Shown here in pieces: positions 38,231-50,459 of a stretch of 64,000 nt of DNA. This stretch comes from Auanema rhodensis. Its lineage: Eukaryota; Animalia; Nematoda. Under the pieces are notes generated by a model. That model was given only the letters and a program-made list of their open reading frames with translations. It was not told where the DNA came from and did no database searches. How positions within the stretch are numbered: the stretch's first letter is position 1; each line of letters begins with the position of its first letter. The stretch is from positions 12,338,001 to 12,402,000 of the forward strand of contig OZ059896.1 in assembly GCA_964057225.1 (NCBI GenBank), read 5' to 3'. The position numbers and the translations under genes are program-made.

Positions 38231-40105
38231 TGCGTTCTTTCCTCTATCGTTTTACTTACACCTGGTTTCTGCAACCCGTGTCCTTCTCCTTTTAACCCTC
38301 TCTCCCCTCCACTTTTTCTCTCCGAATGCCTACAAACGGGTATCACAATTTACGCCTTTAACAACTCTTTATGCTATTCTAACGTAAATTGTATAATAGT
38401 TGATAACACCACCTATTATACTTCTTCCCTCACACTTAATTCTTTCGATATGAATCAAAAGGAGAATTTTACTTGCGTTGGAAATATGTCCTCATCCGAC
38501 ACTACTGGCTCTCCTGGTTACTGTCGATCTCATATTTGCAAGCAATCTGCTACTAAATTCTGCTATTTTCCTCATTACCATCCTCTATCTATATTAGTAA
38601 AAACCGTAACTATTCCTATAAGAGCTTGGGGTACCGTTGCAGTACATATCAAGAGTCATAAAAACACCCGCAAAATCCAATGTACTACTTGCAATATTCT
38701 GTGTGACCATTCACAAGTTATTTTTTCTGATGACATTGATCATTTTGATTATGCAAAAATTTGTTTTCTTCTAATCGACTCTTCCTGGTCTTGTTTCAAC
38801 ACTTCCTCCTCCATAATTCCCTTTCCCGATGGTCACTCCTCTCCTGTATCACTTATTATTTCCATTTATGCATCTGATTCCATTATTTGGAACCATTCAT
38901 GTGCTCTCAACATATGTGAATATAACGAATGTATAATTTGTTATAAATACATTAACAAAATACCATTTTGTTATCCTACATTCACAATTTTGTCATTTTG
39001 CTTCATATTTCTTTCTTGCTCATCTATACTCATCCCTCTGTTTTTCTTTCTTTTTTTTCTCATCAAACTATTTTTTAGAAGTATTCGATTTATTTTTCAA
39101 TTCGTATCTTTCAAAAAGAATTCTTCCCCTTCTCACAAACCCAAATCATAGCTTAATTATACTCATTTAATCACACTTCTGACTCTTGCCGTACAATCTC
39201 TTCCATTTCCGCTACCAATAGTAAATCAATTTTTGATATTACCAATACAAGAGAAAAGATATTAGAATTCAAAACTATTTTTTCATCTCTCACTCAGAAT
39301 TCCACATCTTGTTTTCTGCTCTCTTCTACAACTCATTTTGAAGCGAAAATTGAGATTACTATCCACAATCCTGTTCTAAAATGTAATAAGAAACATTGGT
39401 ATTACACCATGGATCATATATTCAGAACTCCTTCCGTCAAAAGGTGTTATAATAAAAGGTCATGTATTGACAAAGGTTGCAGTAAGCTTCCTTTAAATGC
39501 ATCAATTCCCGAGTTCGATCATCTCGCTAATCCAACCGAAGGTTATACTTTTTGTATGGATGCTTGTGGATGTTGGGGTTGTGGTTGTTTTTCTTGTCAT
39601 ACAGGTTGTCTCTTCTACAAAATATATCCGGAAAGAGCCACAGAAAATCTATATGAAGTTTTTTCACGTCCTTCTTGGGATATATCATTTACTCTTCTCA
39701 ATTTCATGAACATAAACAAGATATTAATTTAATTCCAGGTATTCCCCAACACTTTCATAATATATCATTGACACTCGTCTCACATTCTCTTCCTCTCTTA
39801 TCAGTTTCTGATTCCTTTCTTCGAAATGTATATAACACACAAGCAGCTCTAGCCCATGCTTCACCTCCCTCCTTTCCTATTCCCGGATTACTAGGTCAAC
39901 TACAATGCTTCAATTCATCCATTAAATCATGTTCATTTCCTTACAACGTTTGGACATGTAATGGTCATTATGAAGATCTTCATTGTACTTGTCCATCTAT
40001 TAACCATTTAGGTCTTCTTTCAGATATTTCCTCCCAGTTTCCTATCACACATGGACACACCCTTTTAAATTATTATAGTAACTCTCCGCACTTAACGTGG
40101 TTTCA
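38230..40105 (+). pseudogene. Phlebovirus Gn/Gc-like class II envelope glycoprotein
   Basis: Cys-rich Gn with a TM segment (38450-39151); Gc with KRC..C and the CGCWGCGCF.C..GCLFY fusion-loop signature. Confidence 0.88.
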
Positions 40106-40109
40106 TATT

Positions 40110-40715
40110 TATCATTTAGTAGTCAATCACCTACATCCCAATTGGTGTAATACCATTGGAAGAATCTGTACAACCGAGTCCCAAACCTTCCAACATGTCA
40201 ATATATGCTGTGGCATAGGAAGATCGCCATTCCAAATTGTAAGGGCGGGTAGGTATTACCCTATTGTTGAACGTCAAGTATATATTTTTCAAATCAAACG
40301 GTTTAAAGTTGGATTGCGAATGTTTAAAAGTACCATTATAAGCGTGTGCGCCGACAAGACCTACTACAACACGTTTTCGTGTGTGAGACGTGAATAATAT
40401 TTCATTAGGTGAATCCAAGCGGTTTTCTTCTATGAAATAAGATCGCATTTTCACTGATGTCATGAGGTAGTGTATTCGATCCTTTACGAGTTTATCTTCT
40501 ATAGCCATAGCTAATCCAGCGTTTAGATCAAACTCTTGAATGAGCAAAAGTACATTGCTGATATCTACTTTCAAAGTTGGAAACTCCTCCTTTAATGTAG
40601 TATCCTTGTTTTCATTATTCCAGCCTAGAGTGTCAATTACAAAGTTATCACGGTTTGGATATGCAGTTAGCTCTATTTTTGAATAGTTTACAAACAGTCG
40701 CTCTTGATTAAACAT
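40110..40715 (-). pseudogene. Maverick major capsid protein, central/C-terminal part
   Basis: FNQERLFVN overlaps 33204-33434 in inverted orientation, then KRVVVGLV..AYNG....NFKPF.L..I. Confidence 0.82.
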
Positions 40716-41404
40716 GATGAAGTTGATGAACTGGAAAAAAGAGAAAAATTTAATTATCGAGAATAATAATTACAGAACATCAATGAGTACATTAAATAAC
40801 TTATAGGTCAATGTATGCCAATAGTTATAATAACAAGATCATATACGAAACATATTTGAATGAACGAGCAATATCAACAAGTCTAAATAATTACTTCAGT
40901 TTGGCAGTGCAGCTTTGTTCTGAGCTGTGGGATAGGATTTCGTAACTCTTTTAAGAACTGTTTGAAGGTATCTCGACTTCAAATCTGTTGAGCTCCGGTG
41001 CACCACAATCATTTTTTCTCACACATGTTTCCCAATTCAACGTTGTTGACGATCGTAAACGATATTTTCTTTTTTTCTTCCGAATAAATATCTTTATTAA
41101 ACATTTTATAAAATGAAGATTATGAAGGAAAAGTGATTACAGCATGTGAACAAACGAGCAAAATAGCAGATTCATAATCTGCAATTCCAAACCAGAATAG
41201 AAAATACTGCATTTAACGTTCAAAATTTTTGAATTTTATATGGCAATAATTGAAAAGTCTCGTTCAAGTTTGACTCTGCGCTTGTTTTTCAATTGTACTG
41301 ATCAAGTTTACTCATAACCTTTAGACGTTTGATAGTGAAAAAATAAAAGTATCGATTGAAATTAAGTTTGAAAGTAAACAAATATTTTTCAAATAACAAA
41401 CTAT

Positions 41405-42185
41405 ACGTTTCACTCTGTTTGATAGTGAAGTATAGAGTTATTGTTCAAGACTTCAAATTTGGAACAAAAACTAATGTGAATCTGTGTAACATATACCGAC
41501 CGAAACAAAAAGCAAAACTTTGAGGTTTCGCCGAGATTTGAAATTGAGTCACTATATTCAGAGATCTTATTGCTGACCACAGACACGTTTAGGCACGAAA
41601 ACTAATGTTAATGACATAACGACTCTTCCGCATTTCTTATAATCTAAACATATATGTTTTTTAACCTTCCTTGTTAGTTGGGCAAAACCAAACGCTTTCG
41701 TTGCTATTTTGAGAAGAACTTTAGCAGATAAAACGATTCATCATCAGATCACAAAAAATTACATATGGGTTATATATTAACAAAGAATTAAAAAAAAAAA
41801 AAATATTTGAATAGAGAATAAATTAAGATGAAATTCAAATTGCTCAAAAGCAAACGATCCGAATTAGAGCAAAAAAAAACCTGTTATATATGTCTCATCT
41901 TATGTTTAGTTTAAAAAAATATATAATTCAATCCAGTTTAAAAATAAACAAATTTTAAGTTTCACTCTGTTTGATAGTGAAGTATAGAGTTATTGTTCAA
42001 GAGTTTAAATTTGGAACAAAAACTAATGTGAATCTGTGTAACATATACCGACCAAAACAAAAAGCAAAACTTTGAGGTTTCGTCGAGATTTGAAATTGAG
42101 TCGCAATATTCAGAGTTCTTATTGCTGACCACACACACGTTTAGGCACGAAAACTAATGTTAATGACATAACGACTCTTCCGCAC
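41405..42185 (-). repeat. Diverged copies of the LTR+pseudo-tRNA-Gln repeat (direct repeats ~552 nt apart)
   Basis: Decayed tRNA-Gln at ~41523-41590 and ~42075-42140. 41600-41900 is homologous to the LTR-like part of the 894-bp unit. Confidence 0.7.
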
Positions 42186-42602
42186 TTTATAATTTTTATT
42201 TATTAAATTTTTAATCATTAAAATACATTTAAATTTCATTATTGTGATGCTCAAAAACTGAAACATTTCACTCCATCTCTTTTATTTAATCCCATATTTT
42301 GAACAATTTTATATTTCTACCATTATTTAATTTTTATTTATTAAATTTTTGAACATTAAAAAAAAATTTGATGCTCAAAAACTGAAACATTTAAATATTT
42401 TTTTTTATCGTTTTGAAACAAACTAAACATATATTTGAAACCATTTCAATTAAATAAAAAATAACAACTATAACAAACAAAAAGACATAATAATTATAAA
42501 CACAAGTTGAAACAATTAATAAATGTTCTTAAAACTATTTTTATTAAAACTTTTAAAAAAAATAAAAAAGCATGTAAACTGTTATAAATGTTGTTTCTTA
42601 TA

Positions 42603-45320
42603 GTGGTCACACCGGCGCATAAAACGCACCGGTCGTTTTACCAACGTGGTCGTTCGATCGCTCATGTTCCCACACTTGGAATCTATTGATGAACCAATGC
42701 ATGTTATCATGCCGCGGTTATTCAACGAATTCCTTGATCGTTGTCTTGCTGGAAGCGGTGTGCCTGATAAGCAAAAAGCCTTATTTTGTTTATCAATTGA
42801 GCACCCTTCCTTTGAAAAGGGCTCCATATTTATGGACTTCCGTAGAAGGGAGCATCTGGATGGCGTAGCCATTATGAATGCCATTAGCAAAGTGCAACAA
42901 TCAACACGAGAGGCTGTAATCAGCCAGGCAATGAATAGTGAGATGTATGTGTTTGATGAAAGGCCAGCGCAACCAAATCTGCTGCCTGGTGAAGATAGAG
43001 TCGGGTTTTATTTTGACCCTGAACTGAAAATACCTAGAAACATTGCCAACACTGATTCACATTGTCTGGCTAGATATGCTGTTGTGGGAATGTGGAAAGC
43101 TGATGAACTGGCCACTGCAGATGGCGATTAAAAGCGAAGGCTGCAAAACCTTCGACGCAATTACATCCTATTGCCAAATCAATCGCAGCACATCAATTTA
43201 TTAACTAGGTGTGGCATTTCTGAAAATTTATAAAACTATAATTTAATGCATCTAAACATTATTGCCAGCTGTAATACAAACTATAAGTTTGTAGTATATG
43301 CTAGATCGCTTATGTACACTACCCAGAAAATGCGTATGTACACTACCCAGAAAATATTTAAAGAAGCGGCTAGCAAATTGGTAACACTAGGTTACCGTAA
43401 TAACCACTATGATTGTATTACAGCTGGTAGTCGTTCAAAAATTTTTGACGGTATTATATGTCAACACTGTAAGTTATCTTACAATACAGTGTTGCACAGA
43501 TGTAAAGCCAAATGTAAAAAATGCCACATCTATAATTGTAATGCGATGGGGAATATGGTTAAGAGTAGCGTGAAATGTGATAGTTGTAGAGTTTTGTTTA
43601 AAACTCAAGACTTTAAAATTTTTATAGGCATTTGCGAAAAGCCTGCCGAAAATTTAAGGTATTTTGTGAAAATTTAAAGTTGTACATAACAAGCTTAAAT
43701 TCAGACATGTGTGGCGTATGATCACTATCACATGGTCCGTGCTGATAGACCGCACAATTGCAATGAAAAATTTTGCAAAAAGTGCAAACAGACAAAGCCT
43801 GAAGAGCACTCTTGTTGTTGGGTTCCACCTAACGACAAGAAGAAGGCTCAGCTAAAAAAGAAGCAAGAAAAGTACAAGGTTTGTAATTGTTATCTTTACA
43901 AATGTAATGCTTCCTTGTTTAAGCTCATATTTTATGACTTTGAAACAGTTGTGTTAAAAAACAGCACAAATGTTCATGAATATGCAGATGAACAATGGCC
44001 CAATATGGTTGTATATAATAAGTTTTGTGAAAATTGTATAGATTCTAATATATGTGAAGAATGTACAACCAAAGAGGGCCATTTTGGGTACCAGCAAGGT
44101 GATAATGGATGGTCTGTAACAGATCGTTTCCTTGATTGGTTGCTCAACTTTTCTGAGAATGATAATGCAATTTTGATTGCGCATAATGGTTCGCGTTTTG
44201 ACATACTTTTTTTTGGTGTCTTGGTTTATACATCGTGGAATATATATTGACCTCATTTTAAATGGGACCAAGATTATTAGCATGGTTGTTAAGCCTTTAA
44301 GAGGGCAAAATATTAATCTTTTATATTTTAAAGATAGTTATTTATTAGTGCCCTTACCCTTATCAGCGTTACTCAAAGCATTTGGTGTACCTGATATGAA
44401 TAAAGGACAATTTCCATTCCTCTTTAACCACCCAATAAATTATGGCAAAGTGCTACCCAAGCATTACCATTGTACTGCTTGAATGAAAGCCGAAAACCTT
44501 GCTTCATTCAATGTTTGGTATGAGGAGCGTAATCAAAGCGCGTTTGATTTTGATGAGGAGTTTCTGGAATATTGTAGGACAAATGTCCCTAACTGTATGA
44601 AAGTATATGTGAAGTTGGCCACCGCTATTACTGGCTGGAACCCTGTCATACAATGCATAACATTTGCCAGTTTTTCTTTATTCCAGGCAAGTTTTCAAAA
44701 ATGCAAGCATTGTTTAAATCATTTGTGTTTCAGTTGAAGATAAACCACATTAAAGAAAATCAAGTGGGTATTCTGCCTGAGACTGGTTGTTATGCCGGCC
44801 AGAAGCAGAGTATAATTGCCATAAAATACATAAAATGGCTAGAACAAGGATTAGGCCGCTCATTAATGCATAAGCTTAATGGTGGTGAATTTGTTGTGAG
44901 AGTAGATGGCCAACGCTATCTACTTGATGCTTATGACAGTGTGGCTAATCACGGCATTAGTGTAACCACTGTGTGGGAACACGAAATTTCTGCTCAAATG
45001 TCATCAAATGATCAAATGGCAAATGTTATGAAGGACAATGAGGTTGTAATTCGATTGGCACTTCGAGATGCCTTCACCGGCGGCCGAACTCAAACATATA
45101 AGCTTCTGGCCAAAGCTGCGGATAGATACTCACTAGAGTATGTGTACTTTTGTTCACGTTATCCATATGTAACGGCATTTCATGCCTATTACCCTGTAGG
45201 TAATCCTAAAGTGATTACTGAGGGCTTTGAGAGTTTTGAGGCATGCTGCCCATACAAGGGCCTTGTGAAATGTGACGTGCTTGCACCCACAAATTTGTTG
45301 TATCCTGTATTAGGAACACT
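42603..45320 (+). pseudogene. Maverick protein-primed DNA polymerase B (degenerate, probable introns)
   Basis: NTDSHCLAR, HYD, Cys-rich region, IFYDFET (ExoI), IAHNGSRFD (ExoII), FKDSY, KGQFPF.FN, YC, Vsr-like insert (WEHE), RDAFTGGRT, Y.F.S.YP, YPVG.P. Truncated by a mariner. Confidence 0.9.
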
Positions 45321-45321
45321 T

Positions 45322-46480
45322 TTTTATTTAAAATAAGAACCAGCAACATCAATACAACTTTTCCAACGATAATATAACTTATATATACCATTATAACAAA
45401 AATCATGAGAGCGAGAGCTGACGAATTCTTCGAACGCTGTTATCGCATCTTCTCGTGTTCGAAATCGTTTCCCAGTCAAGAAGTGATCTAAGTGTTTGAA
45501 AAATGATAATCAGTGGGGGAAAGGTCTGGTAAATATAGAGGGTGAGGTAGAGTTTCATAGTTCAATTCTCCTAGTTTTTCTATTGTCTTTCTAACTATAT
45601 GTGGCCTCGCGTTGTCGTGAAGTAAAATTGGTCCTTTTCTATAGACTAATCCTGGCTTTTTCTCCAATAATTTCAGCTGCATAGGTTTCAGAAGTAATTG
45701 TTTCTCTCGAGTTCAGAAATCTATAGCGAATTAAACCTGATCTTGTCCACCAAACTGTTATCAAAATCTTCTTCTGACTAAGGCTCGGCTTTGCAAACTG
45801 TTTTGGAGCTTCTGTGCGATCAAGCCATTGTGCCTGTCTTCTTCTGTTCTGTATATAATCCATTTTTCGTCACAGGTTACTATCCGGTCCAAAAAAGATT
45901 CGGCATCACATCTTGAAACCAGTGAAAAAGCCACTTCCAATCTTCGATTTTTCTGAGCATCATTTAATTCATGTAGAACCCACTTGTCAAAGCTTTTTCA
46001 CTTTTCCAATGTTTCTCAAATGATCTAACACTGTTGTCTGTGATATTTCTAGATCTTCTGCTACACTTCTGGTAGAACTGCACGGGTCTCCTTCAACCAA
46101 GCTTTTCAGAACTTGTTCATCAACGGCAGCAGGTCGTCCAGATCGATCATTATTTTCCAAGCTCTCGTTTCCCTCTTTGAAATTCTTGAACCATCTCTGC
46201 ACCATGCGTACAAAGAAGTCATTTTGCTGAAAGCAACGTTAATTCTTTCAGCTGCTTCAACAGCTTTACGTCCTAGTTTGAACTCATACAAAAAAATTGC
46301 TCTTAAATCTCTCTTCTCCAGCATGATTTCAAAAAGCTAAAGGAAAAAAAACTCAGAATTAATCTACTGTTCAGAAAAGTATAAATAAGAATTAATAACT
46401 CAAAAAAATACTTATTATTATAATTTTTTCTTTATATACTGATTCATGTGTTCACGAGATAAACCTTCGAAAATAAAAAT
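45322..46480 (-). mobile_element. Mariner (DD34D) transposon, degenerate, TIRs not seen
   Basis: YEFKLG, QRWF..F..G..SLE...RSGRP, WVLHEL, IVTCDEKW, LLHDNARPH, HPLYLPDLSPTDYHF. Confidence 0.92.
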
Positions 46481-46510
46481 GTGGTATTATATAACTGTTG
46501 AATAAAACGT

Positions 46511-47320
46511 TTATTTCATATTTTTAACATGTAATGTAACAACTGTAGAACCATAATTAAATTGCATAGGACGACCAAATTCATCTAAAATTTTAATACG
46601 TATGGTATCGAGTGTTTGTCTAGTGATTGGTACATAACGAATAGGATTAAATGTTTTGGCAATCATTTTACCAAATTCAGTAGGAGGTGGTACAGGTAAA
46701 CATGCAAGTAAATTAGCTTTCACATTACCAAGAATGGAATATTCTACAATATCACAATATATATACATTGTATTAATGTTATTTGAAAAATCAATGGGAC
46801 GCCTGGCTATTATTGTATCATATTGATGTTTTTATTTTCAAAACCAAGAAAATATGCAAAATCATCACCAAGCGTTGCATTCATTAATAGTCGCTTGCTA
46901 GTTACAAACTCTATGCGCTGCAATGTTTTGTTAAACTGAAATGTGGCGTCTGCGAGCATTTCCTCCACTAGCTTAGCCTCAGCCTGGCGATTATTATACC
47001 ACTTTTTAACGTCTTCATCTTTATTTATTAAACCCTTTATACGTGCTTCTTCCTTAGCTCCAAGAGGCTTTATATTGTTGGCGATAAATGATTCTCTTCC
47101 AGCATTGATTCCGCGTATTATTTCATCACCATTTGCATAGTTACCCTTGGGTATCTTTTTGAACATTTAATATAGAACAAGGAAAAATGATGTCAGTCAG
47201 CCCAATGCAATAATTATTATTGCGTAGCCTTAGTGTTTCAGGTAATCTGGTAAGAAACATTGATAATGTATTACTTTTTTCAGAGTCAACTGATTAAGAC
47301 TAAGACTAATGTAAAAATCA
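46511..47320 (-). pseudogene. Maverick minor capsid (penton)
   Basis: Homologous to 30830-31617; frameshifted. Confidence 0.82.
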
Positions 47321-47391
47321 TCGACAAACCACCACTTGATACGTGTACACTATTGCAAATGAAATTATTTGCATTTTAGGAACATTTACAA

Positions 47392-47910
47392 GTGGTTGAT
47401 TATGGTTTTCAGCTTCAAACTACCAGTCAGACAACTGTAATAGGTGCTACCCAATGCGTTAAAACAACCCTCATAAAGCATATATGTGAAAATACTGCAA
47501 AGTTTTTCAACGTCCCCATTGATAGAATATTCTGGTTCGGTCAATATGTGTCATCGTCAGGTGTACCATTGAATGATGAGGGTTCAATAATTATTTAAGG
47601 GGCCTGATCCTGATTTAATAAAAAAACAAAAGGGAGTAAATACTATACTAGTGCTGGACGAAGCAAAGGAATTACTCAACAACATTTTCACAGTATGGGC
47701 TCATTACAGGAATTTGGCACTGTTTAATCTTCTGCAAGCGGCATTTTAACTGGACAGGACCAGTCGAATCAATAGTAAAAATGCTCTAGAGGCGTATGAT
47801 GATGCAATGTCTACTCCCTATAGTCATTTACTGATTGACAATCATCCTTTAACAAATGAGAAGCAGCGTATACTATCTGATATAACAGCGGAGAACCCTA
47901 TTGTTTTTAG
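47392..47910 (+). pseudogene. Maverick A32/FtsK-like packaging ATPase
   Basis: Walker A GATQCVKTT (G to V), Walker B ILVLDE, NIFTV.AH.RN, RINS, YSHLLIDNHP. Confidence 0.85.
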
Positions 47911-47945
47911 CCAGAAATGTGTTTAGTGTTTAAAGTGCATATTCA

Positions 47946-48254
47946 ATGAGTGGTCGTATTCTGTCAAATTTCAACTTTTTGTCTTCTTGCGCCAAAACTC
48001 CTTGTTCTGTTTCCTTATTTTCTTTTGCACACATTGAGATTATTGTTGAAATTGTATTTAATATTGTGAAAAATAAAAATTTTCTTTTAACTAACAACGA
48101 ATATAAAACCCTGTTGCCCATATCTTCATTATTACGTCAAATAGCTTTGATACGCACAGCGGAAACAGCTAAATCATTATTGGCAACGCTTTCACACAAA
48201 CAATTGAAAACAATAGTTACATGTGCTATTGCCTATTTTGGTCTTAAATCATGA
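47946..48254 (+). CDS. Maverick conserved small ORF, unknown function
   Basis: Intact 102-aa ORF after the ATPase (IVEIVFNIV motif). Its 5' end recurs in the array units. Confidence 0.6.
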   Translation: MSGRILSNFNFLSSCAKTPCSVSLFSFAHIEIIVEIVFNIVKNKNFLLTNNEYKTLLPISSLLRQIALIRTAETAKSLLATLSHKQLKTIVTCAIAYFGLKS

Positions 48255-48959
48255 AGCTCAACCATAAACATCGACTAATTCCTGTCGACTATTGATGATG
48301 AAACGCTGAACATAGACAACTTTAATGCTGAATTGAAGCTCTTAGGAGAGAATAAATCTATATCCGATTATAAAAAGACTGAACTATACAAAGACTTGAT
48401 TGCTGGTCTTAAAAATTATAGAGAAAGTGTAGATGCGCCCATATCAGTACAAGTGGAAAATGCTGATCCACCTCTATTGCCAGAATACAAGTTGCCAAGA
48501 AAGTATAACAAATTGTGGGAGAAATTTCCAGAGGTGCGCACAAACAAGAATACCTAACTTGTGATTAATGATGAGGCTGTACCAAACACCAATATTACAA
48601 AAATTTTAGATTTTGTAGTGGATAAAACAAAAACGGAGCCCAATGGATTTTCAGTCTTGTCAAAGTTTTTAGCCAGTAAAGGTGTATCTGGTACTAACAA
48701 GAAACAAACTAGAAGAGAGTCAGCTGACACTGATTCAGTTGACGTTGTAACTACCCCTGAACCGGCTGTTACAGACTTGGACTCTATTATATTACCTAGA
48801 ACGCCTCGTCATCGTAAAGCTGTTATTCGATATTCACCATCACCGGTTTGTTCTCTCAAAAGTGAAAAATCAAAGACTTTTGATACTGCCAAATCATATT
48901 ACACACCACGGGAAGGAGACTCACAGAATGGCCAAGGTCGTAAAAGGTTCTATTATTAG
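48251..48959 (+). pseudogene. Maverick ORF between ATPase and integrase
   Basis: Position, and a VPNTNI..ILDFVV...EPNGF..L motif of the kind seen upstream of Polinton integrases. Confidence 0.5.
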
Positions 48960-48971
48960 ATTATGGAAATC

Positions 48972-49798
48972 ATGATTTAGCAAGCATTTATTACGATATA
49001 AAACATCCAGCTTCATATACATCAGCCAAGAATTTATTAACGCAAGTACGAAAACATGGCATTTCAAAAGGACAAGTTGATGACTTCTTGCAAGATTCTG
49101 TAACTTTTACACGGCATAAACCAACTAGAATGCTTATGCAGACTAGAAAGACTAGAGGATGTGGTCGATTTCTAACAGTGCAAGCAGATTTGGTTGATAT
49201 GCAAAAATATAAAAAATTAAACGACGGCTATACTTACATGTTGACCATGATTGATGTTTATACACGCATGTTATATGTTAGGCCTTTGAAATCTAACGGT
49301 GGTATAGAGGTTGCTGGTGCATTTGAAAATTTTTTCAAGAACTTTCTACCAATTCAGTTGATTACTGATAATGGCACAAGGTTTTATAATAGTCAAGTTC
49401 ATTACAAAAGCTGCAACGGTGGAGCGAGCAAATAGAACTTTAAAAACACGCATGATGAAATATCTCTATTACAAGAATAATCATCGTTGGATTGATATCC
49501 CAGATGATTTGGTTGAAGGAATAAACAAATCTTATAACCGGTCCATAAAAATGCGGCCCATTGATGTTAAAGTAAATATATTCATTGAACAATATGCATC
49601 AGCTGTTAAAAGCAGCTTTAACATTGATGATACTGTTCGCATAAGCAAAAATAGGCGCACTTTTGAAGAAAGCTACGAGTCTGGATATACAGTTTTAAAA
49701 GAGCGTACTCGAAGCGGTAAACGTCAAGTATTTGTAAAATGAAGTGGATATCCCGACAACTTAAATGAATGGATAGATGCAGAAAATTTAAATGTATA
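48972..49798 (+). pseudogene. Maverick retroviral-like integrase with C-terminal chromodomain
   Basis: IYYD.KHPASY, QADLVDM..Y...NDGY.Y.LT.IDVY, LITDNG..F, KA.TVERANRTLK, D.VRISK..FE..Y, FVK(W)SGYP..NEWI. Confidence 0.9.
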
Positions 49799-50459
49799 AT
49801 TTTTCACTAATGTTATAAACAATTGTAATAATAATAAATGATTCATTTGATATATCGCATAAAGTAACAATAAAAAACCAGCAAAACACAAAACAACAAT
49901 TCAACCTGCAATTAAAAAAATGTAGACTACTCAAATTTTCAAATTCTTACCAGTTGGTTGATCATTCGTCTTCAATTGATGATTGATGGATATTCGCAAG
50001 AGCTGGAAAAAAAACTGTTACGGCTGAGAATATAAAAATGCCACATAACAAAACAAGAATAAAACGTCAATTTTACTATTTGTGGTTGTTGTAGTCAAAA
50101 TAAGGATCAAAGCGGATAAACATGTTCATGTTGAGTGCTTTTGGCCTTAGTTTAAAGTACAATACATTCTGCTTTTAACCAAAAGTTTATACAGTACCCT
50201 CATCAGCATATATAACAATATAGCCCATATTGTTCAACAATTGCTTGCACGTGGTGTTATAAGAGCGCATCTGAAAAATAATAAAATTGAAAATAAATGA
50301 ATATGCAAGTTTACATTAACAGAAAAATTTTATAAGGTCAGCGCAACTGTTCGCTAGTCTTATTGTATTTACCTTCAATGTGTGCTCTATAGAGTTATTG
50401 TATTGTTATATTAGTAAAATGAAGTTTAAAACTATTCCTAATGTTCATATTTTCTTTTA

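Larger units (their letters stand above)
33601..40105 (+). mobile_element. BEL/Pao LTR retrotransposon with env, degenerate and 3'-truncated
   Basis: LTR end ..CACA at 33745, PBS, gag, RT, RNase H, integrase and env in BEL order. Multiple stops and frameshifts. Confidence 0.92.

Noticed and set aside
40716-41250. Possible host exons on the minus strand
   Set aside because: Splice-like sites are present, but I could not build a stop-free frame or recognise a domain.
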